64,000 nt of DNA from Amoebophrya sp. A120 (taxonomy: Eukaryota > Protista > Dinoflagellata): NCBI GenBank assembly GCA_905178155.1, contig CAJINV010000001.1, forward strand, positions 3,983,706 to 4,047,705, in the 5' to 3' direction. How positions within the stretch are numbered: the stretch's first letter is position 1; every line of letters starts with the position of its first letter. Below the pieces are notes generated by a model that searched no databases, was not told the origin of the DNA, and saw only the letters and a program-made list of their open reading frames with translations. Of this stretch, positions 51,001-63,000 are shown piece after piece. The translations under genes were made by a program, and so were the position numbers.

Positions 51001-54000
51001 GAACTACGAAAGCGTAGTTGAAGTTGAAGTTGATCTTTTTTTCAAAAAAAAAGATCACGAGAGCGTTGAAGTTGATCTTCATTTGACATAGTCAAAACAA
51101 AAATCCTAAAACAGCCGACACGCGCGATGCATACGCAGCACCACCAACAATCGCCGTCCTCTCCCCGACATAACTTTTTGGCACCGCCGACCGCCGGGCA
51201 ATCTCCTCTGAAGAGCAGTCTTCCTGAAACCAGCAGAGACCCAGAGCTGTATGCGTCGTCCATCTCCGCGACGGCCGACCAACAACTACCGCACCATCGC
51301 GCACCAGACGGGCTCGGGGCCTCGGGGGTGGAGAGCCTTACTACTTCCTTTGACAGAATTCGGCTCCCCTACGAGGTGGAGGGAAACGAAGAGGTGGAGG
51401 AAAACATGGAGCGCATCGAGAGTGTGATCAACAAGGTCGCGGCTAACACGAGGCGGGCCAAGCTGCCGATCCAACTACCGCTGAACACGTTGCACCTCAC
51501 GCCCCGAATCGTGGACTTGAGCACCCTGGCCGCGGCCAGCAGTGCGCGGACCGGGTCGCCCCCAATCACCGCACGGGCCGAGGGGGAGGGAATCCCCCCT
51601 CCCATGAACAGCAGCAAAGACAAGCAGCTACCCTTCGAAACACCACGAGAAATGGACACTCCGCGTTCGCCGAGAGCGGTGGTCGGTTCTTTGGCTTCAA
51701 GGGTAAAGCGCATGAGCAAACCCCTAACGACGAAGCAGTATGAACAGCCTACAGAGGCTCCGGAATTCATCGAGGAACTACTGTATAAATGATTTACATT
51801 TTCTATTTTGTTGTCGTCTCTGTAGCTGTCCACTCACTGTGCTGCTTTTCAATCTGAAGTCTTCAGATTCAGAAGAATTTGTATTTGAAACTTCTTGTCT
51901 ATATATGATGCAGCATCACCAAAAGTTTTATCTATCACACAACAGCGAACCAAGCCAGCTTCGTTTGTGTTCGAATCCGCCGTCCGTGGGGGCGAGCAAG
52001 AAGTCGATGGATGTTCCGGAGGACGAGAAGATCAACCCCTGGTACACTCCGGGGGAGTACGAGCAAAATAACGGGAGCAAGTTCTCCATGAACGTGATTG
52101 GCGCGGCGGAAGATCAAGAACAGAGTCAGAACGTCGACCCCATGGTAGAGGTTTCGAAGACCATCGGCAGGATGCAGCAAATGACGAGTTTGCCGCCCCG
52201 AAACCTCCCAAAGGGAACTCTCCGGGAACACCAGAGCCGGTCGTTTTTCGACCGAATTCCGAAAACCCCCCGGGACGGCAAGATGCAGATGCCGGCACCG
52301 CTGGTGTGTCCCGCGGGCGCGCAGATCGACGAGGAGCGGCTGGCCATGGCTCCCCAGCTGTCGATGAGTGCTATGCCGCCCATCCGAGCAGATTTGAACT
52401 TCGTCGACGTGGAAAATTTCATGCAGAACGCGACCCTGACGGCGGACGACATTGACCTCTGCCCCATGCCCCCACCGGAACTGGTCGAGGAGTTCCAGAC
52501 CCCGCGGCCGAATGTCGGTCCCCCGATGCCCATGCCGTTTGACGGCATGGTGGGCACCGGCGAGTACGTCCAGGCCGACCCGGAGGCGGAGAAGCGCGAG
52601 TTCCTGGAGAAATACGACATGTGCCCGCAGAAGGTGGTCGCGCCAATCGCCACGGTGAAGCTGGACATGGAGTCCTTCCAGAAGAAGTCGCTCACCGCCA
52701 GTTTGGCCACCGGGGGACGGGCACTGGAGCACTGCCAGAAATTTTTCGTCACGGACGCGAGTGCTGCGCTCGTGGAAAAGAACCTGACCGACTCCCCACG
52801 TGGCGTGTTAGCGTCGCCACGCGGAGTCGCTGGTCTGTTCGCCACCACCACATCAGGAGCCTCGGCGGACCGCGACAACCTCCGCGGCAAGATGAAGTCT
52901 GGACGCAGTAGAGGTGGGGGTACAACTTCTAACGCGGGAAACTTAAGCGCGAGAGGTGGGCCTGCAAGTAGTGTACCTGGAGGTGGGAGAAATAGACCGG
53001 CCTCGAAGACGCTGCAGCGTGGCACCTCGTCCGGAGCTGCAGTGAATATTAACAATCGAATCGCTACGCCAAGCTCCAAAACAAGCGCGAAAGGAGCGAG
53101 CACCACTGGCACTAGAGCGGGAAGCAAACTAGGCAAAGCCGCCCTAGCGCCGCCAAGTGCGGATGGCGCTGAGGCCGCGGAGCAAAAGAACACACAGAGC
53201 GACAGAGTCATGAACACCATCGATCCGACTACATCAAGCACAACAACTGGAGCAATTGCCAGTACAAATAAAGCTCCGACAGAACAACAACCGCAGCGAC
53301 CGAAAGCACTGCCGATGTTCAACATGGTTCCGAACACGCAGACCGTGCGCGCACTGATGACCCCGAGACCAGCACCGCCATTGACGAACAAGTCTGGCGC
53401 TGGAAGGCAGTCGCAGTCCGGCAACTTGAGCAGCGGGAGTGCGAGCGGTTCCGGGCCGGAACGACAGAGGTCAGCTTCCTCCTCTTCCAGCCGACAGGGG
53501 GCGCCGGCCTTTGGATTGCAGATGGTATCGCTTTTCCCGCCAAGAAAAAGTGTGACCGGCGCGAACAGAGAAGACGCTGTTCGTCCGGAGATGCGTGCAC
53601 CCACACCGAAACCGCCGGCCCCACAGTTGCAGCCCCCTCCGGAGATGATCCTGCAGGAACAAAGAGCGATGCAAGAGCCGCAGCCGCTGCCCGGCGTTTT
53701 GATCCAGCCCATGAGCGTGCAGGACTTGCAACGCAACACCATGCTGAAGCCGGGGGATCGAAACTTTTCCAGAAACAAGATCGTCGTGCAAGAACCGTTC
53801 TCAATGCCCCAGAGCAACGCCGCCGTGATGGTGGAAAGCGGAATAAAGGCCGCACAGGTGGTTGCCGCTCAACAGCAAGAGGAGCAACAGGCAGCACAGT
53901 TGAACAACAACACGACCCGAACGACGGAACGAAGGCAGCACCACGGGCATACGCACTCCACGAGGATAAAGGAACGCGAGCCGCACGGCCAGAAAAGACG

Positions 54001-55492
54001 GTCATCCAGTCGCGGTCAGCATTACCGGCATCATTCGAAATCCAGGCACTCTAGTAAAACCACCGAGGATCCCAACCCGGAAGACCGAGAGCTGTCAATC
54101 CCTCAGCCTGCGGTCGATTGGCGAAATCCAAGTATCGTCTGCAAAACCGGACTGCCGACGGATTGGGCGGCGTCTAGCCGGGAGCAGTTTCGCAACACTA
54201 TGCAGAACAAAGTAGCGCAGATAGCCGATAGTCTCGCGCCGAAGCTAGTTTCCACGGTTGTCTTCAGTCCCCGGCTGAAAGAAAAGGAACAAAACAAGAC
54301 AAAAAAGGAAACATCAAGTAAGCGCGGAAACAGCCCGACGACCGGAGGAGTGCTTAGTAGCGACGGCGGCGGGGGTAAAAACACCTCCGGGTCCTCCAGC
54401 TCGCGGCCCGGGACTAAAACCACAGCCAAAAAGAGACCGAGTACTTCATCTACTACAACTGCCGCGCAAAAACGATTACCCGCAAGCAATTCCACAACAG
54501 GCCCCGATCTTAACGACGAACTTGCAGCAAGGGAAGGTGCTGCTGTAGCACCAGCAGTAGAGATGAATTACGCAGCATCCACCTCCACACCAGGGGCTGT
54601 GCAAATGCAAAACAAGAGCAACACCGAGGCAGCCGCTGTTTCGCCCCTTTTACTCGACGAAGCCGTCGCCGCCGAGGTGGAAGAGTCTCTGGAGCAGAGC
54701 CGGGCGAGCAGCAAAAACAAGATCCAGGCCGTCCTGTTCACCCCTAGATCCCGCGGTCAACCACCCGAGCAGCAGCGCGCCGGCAGCCACCAGATGGCGC
54801 TTTTGCGGTCCCAGTCCTCGAACACGCAGAGCCAAACTAGTACATCGAGAGATACCACCAGCAGTAACACTAGAACAACCCCCTTGAAAAAAGCAGCGAC
54901 TGTGTCCCTAGCTGGCACAACTCCTGATGAACAACGTAGTGGCAAGGTGGTTCACACAAAAGCAGCGCTGTACAGCAGGAAAGTGAAAGCTACTTCATCT
55001 GGGGATGCTGGTGGTCGTTCACGGTCATCAGCGGGGTACAGTCCCGTCAGCCGGCAGTCTTCCACTTCTGTGCTCCCGTCCTCTTCTCGGGGCGGCGGTA
55101 CCACACCCCTGGTCGTGGAATACTCCTCCGCCATGACGTCGCGCGCGCGGACGCCCACTCCGCCAAAGAGGACGCGATCCCGGGGCGGTGGAAGTAGTAC
55201 ATCGCCGAAGGCGGGAGCACGAAGTCGAAGCCGATCTGGGTCGAAGAATAGCCGTAGCCCACCACCGACCGGTAGGCCGTCCACCGCGGGGAACCCTCAG
55301 CTCAGGATTCTGCGGGAACGCCAACAAGACAAAATCGCGGGAGAAGCCGCCGCGAAGAAGGCCGCAGAGAGAAAAGCTAGGATTCAGGCCAGACAAAGCA
55401 GCAGAGGACCGGGTGCTGCTGCCGGAGGTGCTACCGCAACTCCCGATCGATTTACCTCGCCGGCGTTAGCTGATCCGCTACATAGATACTGA
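48053..55492 (+). CDS. Giant (~2350 aa) low-complexity, probably disordered hypothetical protein (exons 48053-50884, 51115-51782, 51946-55492)
   Basis: Three long ORFs joined by phase-compatible GT-AG introns; no domain recognised. Confidence 0.7.
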
Positions 55493-57005
55493 GCAGCTCC
55501 TCAAACATTTCAAGTTTTTTTTTCACATCGAATTCTCCTCGCAATTCTAGCCTACCCACACCTACTAGTAGTTGACATAAATAAGAAAGAAAAATCCCCC
55601 ATGATCATGAGCAAGAGATTTGCGCTGGATCGCAAGCATGCTAGTGGTCACAGTATTCATTTTCTTTTTCATTTATCCACATGATCTTCCAAATAGCCTG
55701 GGTAGCACATCCTGCACACTCCTGCTCCGAGTTTTTTTTTACATGTCTTATGTCATAGAGCATGCAAGAAAGACATCAACGTAATTATTTCATCAACATT
55801 TTTCGTTGCTTAACAATATTCAACGTGTCATAGATACAAATCGCATTCGCTGGCCACGATCCATCGATCGCGATCCAGGCCTCATCTATGTCCTTCATTT
55901 TTCAATTGTCACTATCATGAATCATTTGTCATACGTCTAAAGGAGGGTGCTATCAGCCTCTACGTCTACTTTCTGATTCCATTCATACATTTCCTACGAT
56001 ATGTACTGAATTTCGCCAGAGCACCACGAGACAGATGGTGAGTGCCTGAGGTTTTGGTTGTTGAAGACATTCCTGGATATGGTTTTCATTGCCTTCTGAT
56101 GTACAAATTTTGGAAGACGCAAATTTACCATAGCCATCCGTTCATATTGATATCACTCGAACGTGTTGCAAAATTCAACAGCCCCCTACACGAGAGGCTG
56201 CAAGATGCAGATGTTCAGAGGCCCACTGGTAGTAGTAGGCCGCAAAATCGTAATCCAGACTTTGTGCTGTACTAGATGTGGTTGTACAAAGAGCTATGTA
56301 GTTGGCTCTACCTGCTCAGCTGTCCTCGCGTCACCAAAGTTCAGGCTGTCCCAACAGAAAAAATAGAAATTTGGAAGTTAGCGCTCAGCTTTAATCCGTA
56401 GTCGCTCCTCCTCAATTACGAATTGGCATAGGTAGCCGGGTCCCACAACCGCGATCGAACTTGAAAAATCTGCCCGATCTGGTTGTATAAGTTTTTGTTG
56501 ATCTTCTATCTTCATCTCCATTACAGCAGCCTTTGCCATACTCACCACGAACACTTATCATTTTTTCGTAGTACAACTCAGCAACACCATCACCAAGCAC
56601 TGTAGAAATAATACGCCATCTCAAAAACGAAACCGAAACGCGGTTTCCAGTCCTCAGTGTTTCGTCTATTTTTACCCGACGCGAGTAATGAAGTAACAGT
56701 AAGTAGAAGTACCCTGCCAGTGATACCAGCAAGTACAACAAGTAGTTTTACAATCTCAATCAAACGACCCACCAAGATGTTGGCAAGCAAGATGGTCGAA
56801 CGGGTCCGTGCATCGCGCCGGTGTGAAAGTTTCTTGCCTTTTCTCCAATAAACCGAGGAGTGGGGGCTTACATTATTAGCAGTCGTTTTTGTCCGCCGGA
56901 GGGACCGCGCAGCGACCGCGAACGAGGAAAAGAACGACTTTCTCCAGCTCTTTCTAGAACAATAAATACCCACGACGGCCCCCCCGCGGCAACGACGAAC
57001 GACAA

Positions 57006-60000
57006 ATGGGACGCGATCTGGATAAATCCCTAGAGGAGTTGATCGACTCAGGCTCAAAAAAGAATGTCACCCTCCGCCCTAACCACAGCCAGACCGGAAG
57101 TAACACTGCCTACCCGCCCCCGCAGAACAATAACAGCTATCATGGAAACAACAACTACAGCAACAAGAACTATGGCGGCAAGAATGGGGGCGGTGTTGGA
57201 GGGTGGAACGGGGGCAGCGGGAAGAGCAATTGGAGTAACAACAGCGACCATTACGACCTGGCCTACGGGCAACCGCCAAACGCTGGCCCGCCACTGATGC
57301 AGCACCACCCGCCAGGAGCAGGCGGGGGAGCACCATGGCAACACGGCGGCCACCACCAGCCACCCCCTGCGTACTACCCACCGCAGGGCGGTCCGGGTGG
57401 GCCACCGCCCATGCAGGGCGGCGGGAAAGGTACTGGAAGATCTAATAGTCGTGTTATGAATATGATTAGATTTTTGTTTGAAAAATATGTACCAAAGCTT
57501 CGTCTACTTCTTCATCTTCTACCGAGAACGCCGTGGAGCTGTGTAGGATATTAGGCATCACTGAATCAGAATGACCATGACGATAGACTATCAAGAAAGG
57601 CTTTCAACAAAAATCTGAGAAGCGACATTGAACGACATCAACGATAATTGAATTTTCTAAACGTAAACCAAAATAGGCAACGGCTGGAGTGGTCCACCTG
57701 TCGGCGGCGTTGCTAAGCCGTTCGATAAGCGAAACCAAGCCGGTCCGTGGGGAAACGTAAAAGGAGGCATGAAAGACGCCGGTGGAATGAAAGGCCGCAA
57801 GTGGGGCGGGCACTCGCAACCGCTTGACGAAAAGGCTGCTAGGATGACCAAGATACAATTCAACAAATCCGGCGACCTCTGTGTGAAATTGTACTACTTT
57901 ATCATCAGCTACTTCTGCAGTTCGTTTCTTTTTTTTTTCTCAACAAGTGAAGCTCTTGGTCACGCACCTTGCGGAAGCGGAGTGGGGAGGTCTCCCGCCT
58001 CCACGCCGGAACCAGTATGTTGATATTTAGTAATGGCGTTTCCTAGTAATCGAATCCATTTACATTTTCGCAGGTATTGCTATTCCCGTTTCCCACCAAA
58101 ACTACTAAATCTCTGCAGGTATGAAACCGATGTGTGTATTTTTCGCAAGAACCTTGCCACGTCCAAGTGTGCCAGCGTGGAGATTAACAGTGGCGGCTTC
58201 CACACGCCGGAAACGAAGGCCATCATTCGCGAGTGCCTCCATGCCGTCGACCTGAAGATCCGGCACACGAAGAGGAGATCCGTGGTTCTGAAAGAGAATC
58301 CGAACAACAGCAAAACACCAAAGAATGACGCCAATTTATCCCCGACGACCGAAGAGGACGACAAAACGCAGAATGAAAGTGGCGAGAACAACGAGATGAA
58401 TACAGCGAAAACTTCTTCGCTAGTGATCGATGGAAACGCCAGCGTCGACGCCGAAGGAGCGGCTGCTCCGGTGGTGAAGAAGCGACCACGGCTATCCTGT
58501 GTAAAAACGTCCCCACACCAGAATTGTAATGCAGATTTGCAAACAAGACAGGAAGACTTGTAACGCGCATCCCCATGAGAGCCATTTCCAATCGCGTTTT
58601 GGAATTTGTGATGCTGTGAACAGGATGAGGAGATGAATCTGTGACGCGGCTGCACTTCCTAACCTGCACTACACTGCGGAGTGCAACTTGTCATGCGTGA
58701 CTCACAAAACTCCTAGGTTTGTGTTGCAAAATCCCCTTCCTGACTCTGGTGTGGGTACGTTTTTACTCAGGATAGCGGCCCGTCGCGGGGCCAGACGATT
58801 TGGACTTCGCCGAGGAGGACGACGATATACTGGCCGAATCCGACGAACACGAGGAAGAAAATCAAAATGCAGCTGCAGAAATAAATGCCGCCGACCCCGA
58901 GCACCAGGAAGGAGATGCTGAAAACGAAGAAAACAAAGAAGCCGGAGACGACGAGGAGCAGGCGGCGGCAGAGCCAAATCCCAACGAGGCTTCCGGCAAG
59001 GAAAAGGAGGGTGAGGCGCCAGCGATGAGTGGGGAAGATAAGGAATCCAGGAGAAATTTCTTGGTGGAGCGGCTTGCGATGCTGAAGAAGAAAAAAGCGG
59101 AGCAGAATCAAAAACAAAAAGCTGCTACGCTGGTATATTCTTTTTGAAGTTAGAGGCCTTGTTCTGTTCTCAAAAAATAGTTTGCTGTTGGTGCAACTGA
59201 TTCAAACTCTTTGTAGCAGTCACGCACAGGTCATGCGAGGATATGCATTATGCAGGTGTCACGCGAGGTCGCAGATTTTTTCCGTATGCGATTATGGACG
59301 AAGATCATGAAGAACGTATACAAAAACCAATGCACCAGAATTACAAAACACGCAGGCACATGATGTTAAAGTTGAAATGAACTGTGACTCAGATAAAATC
59401 CGGACAAGTGGTTGCCAGCAGTTCTGTTGCGAAGAAGAAAGGGCCCCCGTGTCCGTGGACCGTTTACGGGAGAAACGTATCCTGTGCAAAAGTATCGTAC
59501 TCGTAGTAATCGCAGTCATGGTGCACTACAAATCTTTTTCTTAAGGCAAATCCGCATTACAAATTCCATTTCTAATGCTAAGGAGATTTGTATTGCGATT
59601 TATAGTATAAATCGCAATACAAATGTAGGCAAGGGAGTGAAACTTCGAAGGGAGTCAAGGGAGCCAAGGGAGGAAGATAAAATTTGTACAAATTGTCTCC
59701 CCTTAAATCATCGCCAAAATGCTGCATGCTATGGGCGCGCTTACCGGTCGCCGGCTTGCGCCCTGCTGCCCCCCCCCCCCGCTGCGGCCCCAGGTTTGTC
59801 CGCGCTTAGGCATTGGCTCGCTGCCGAAGGCCCTGGTCTCTTGAAGAAGGTGAGGGCTTCTAGAGTCGCCCCCGTCATCAACAGGAGTCGCCGGGGTGGC
59901 CTGGCCTCTGCCTGGCAACAAAGAGCGTGGAGCCGAAGGAACGCGTAAACTGCTGCCGTGACCATGTCGAGTTTCCGTCGTCCGGGGGAAGTCGCGGCAG

Positions 60001-63000
60001 CCACTTAAGCAATTTGCTTGTCGAGATCTTTCAGGCGAGGTTCTGCGTGACCAGATTCAACGTCATGCGTTGCCGAGCAGGGAATACGAAGTGGAAATGT
60101 TGAAGCGGCCACTTCGACTTTCTCCAATCGGGAAAGAGTTGCAGTGGCCGTCGGAACGCGCAGCAAGTTTGAAGCTCACACGCGTAGCATATGCAGCCTG
60201 CTTCGCGCTGATGCTACTTCGCAACATTCCCACACGCGGGCGCATGTCTTACATGTTGCACGCGCCTCGCTGCGCGCGCGCAGCGCGCGGCCTGAAAAAT
60301 TTTTGTTGTGTGCGCACAGGCGTCGATCCGCGCGCGCGCAGCGCGCGCCGCGAAAAATTTTTGCTATATGCCGATCGCATTGGCGCGCACGACTGCTTTG
60401 TTTTTTATCGTACTCCCTTGGCTCCCTTGGAAAGTTGCGCTGTACTCCCTTGGCTGGCGCCAGACACTAATAAACCTATTATACTAGTGCGATACTTTTG
60501 CAATGCATAAAACGCCGCGGGCGAACATTTCGAAATCGAGTGCTACGACGGAATCGTACTGCAAACTGTTGCTGTGCTTTTCCTATTTGCCCCAGTTCCT
60601 TGACAAAAGTAAAAAAGTAGAGCAGTATTGGATTCTTCCAGCTACAGTTTCCAGCGCATATCCATATCCGTTTCGAAGTCTTGCTGCAGCAAATAACATA
60701 TAACAAGTTCTATGATGCATACTTTACTTACTACAGGTCATCTCACTCCCCAACGCTCTGACGGTGCTTGGAAAGCTGAAAGGCAAACTGATGGACCGCA
60801 TGCGGTTCTTACGCAACGAACAACCGCTCTATCCGCAGCGCGGCATGCACCACGGCGGTCCACCAGGAGCACCAGGTGCCCCCCCGCACGGCGGACCACC
60901 TCCACCAGGGATGCATCACATGCACCCGCAGCAACCCGCACCTCCGGGTGCTGGGGTTCAACCGAGCAACCTCCCACCCGGAGTGCAGCCAGGACAGGTG
61001 ATCTACCAAATTCCCCACGGCGCGGCTCCGCCACCGAATCTGCCACCGGGATCCGTCGTTCAGTACTTACCACCGGGACAAGTAGTACACGCACCGGGAG
61101 GACCGGCGCAAGCACAGTATCTACTAATGATTTTATTCTATCAGTACAACTCTAGCGCCGCGAGCGCCATCACTACAGGATGAAGCGAGCAGGAGCTCTG
61201 GACTACTTTTTTTATTTTTCATCACTCGGCATATGCTTACGATTACTATAGCCTTCGGTTGGAAATCTTGTTCAGAAGGCGTGTGATATAACTAGCGGCA
61301 CCTCGAGGAGGTGCGATCGAGGAGTTGTCCTAAGGCTAGAATAAAGTCGCGGAGGATCATGGCAATACGTCATGGCAATCAAATTTATTGTGTTTATCAT
61401 TTTTTCATTACCGAATTTTATGTGGTCCAATTCCCATGATGATATAACTGATATAACGGAAATTAAAAATTTTCGCCCATGGGAGGGCACCGCGCGAGGC
61501 CCATCGTTGCCGTGGTCTGTCTGCCCGGGGATTCGTCGGCATAGCGTAAACCCCTCGGCCGTTCTGCGCAATGCCTCCGCAGCGGCTGGTCGACTCAGCG
61601 TCATGAAATTCGCGAGAGATGGCACGGCCAAAGACCTGCCCGCGGTTCTCTCTGAAGCCTTTCGGCTTGACCGCGCCGGTGCGGCGGCGCTCTGTAACTG
61701 CAACCAAGGGCGCTGCGTAATTTTCGAAGCGCCCGCCGAGCGACGTTGTAGAAGTAGCAGCCCCGGCTTGGCGATATCGGTCGTGAACGCCGGCGGCCTC
61801 ACCGGCTGGGAAAGCCGGCGCCTCCCCGCGGGCCCCGCTACGATCTCGTATTGGGACGACGCGAGAACGGTCGATATCAAAGCGATCGATGTCGCATGAT
61901 CTCCACCTGATCTCCCCCGCGATCTCGTTGATTTCGTGCCCAATGTCGCTGATCTCGCGGACGGAAATTCATGATCTCCCGCCTGATCTCCCCCGCGATC
62001 TCGCTGATCTCGTGCCCGATCTCGTTGATCTCGCGGGCGGAAATTCATTCTACAGCGAAAATGGGAAGGAATTTTCGACCTGCGGGCGCTGGCCAGTAAG
62101 ATCAATTTTGGCCGTGAGTTATATCGCAGCGAGATCGGCGGGAGGGGGTGCGAGATCGGCCGGAGATCGCCGCGAGATCGGCCGGTGATCGGCACGAGAT
62201 CAGCGAGATCGGGAGTCCGCTTTCGTGGATCTCGCTATGGTGCCGGGACGAGGTTGGGGGCTCTTGCTCGTAAGATCAGGAGCCCCCGATCCTGCCAGCT
62301 TATTTATCTGTGCCCGCGCTCTGAGTGAGCGCGGGTTCGAAGCTGGGTCACGACTTCGGGCTTCGGGGGCACCATGACCGAGAGCGCCGAGTGTTGTTCC
62401 GATTGGTTGCGGCTGCGTGAGAAGTTTTGTGAGCTTCTGGCGCGGGTGTGGCACTGTGTGGCGCTGCTGGGGGCCCGGCCCCTGTGAATTTGCGTGCGCA
62501 CCTGTGACCAACAGAAAGTGGTCGAGCGTCGCACTTGTACCACTGCGACGGACGCATCCACTTCGGCGCACTATGTCAAGGCGCGAGGAAAGCAGCGCTA
62601 GAACCTGCCTACGCGCTTGGTCACATTTGCGCGAACCCGGGGCGCGAAATTTTTAAAATCGGTTACATGCGTAAGATCATCTTGGGAACTTGGACCACTT
62701 GACGAATTATCCGAAACTAAACAAACAGGATCGTCCACGTTCTACCAGCGGGAAGTCCTTCGGGCCACCACGCGCAAAATCATGCTGGCAGCAATTCAGA
62801 CAATGAGGATCTGAAATGGGGCCGCGCAGCGCAAGGCGGCACGAGCGGCGGTGGCGCCATCCGGCTGGTTTCCGCAGCCGAGAAGCAGCAACGAGACAAC
62901 CGCCCACAGTATAACCAAGTGCAGCAGGTAGTTTCAAGTTCCAGTCACGGCGGCGTCACACTTGTGTCTAGTAGCGGGTCCCGCGGGCCGCCGACAATAG

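Noticed and set aside
52126-53817. 563-aa minus-strand ORF
   Set aside because: It is the antisense shadow of the long + strand exon.
61113-62912. 8-bp direct repeat cacagtat whose removal also keeps the frame
   Set aside because: A canonical GT-AG intron 61117-62728 gives a longer, compositionally consistent reading (AQAQ-IVHVLPAG..), and there is no TIR at these ends, so the repeat is probably coincidental.
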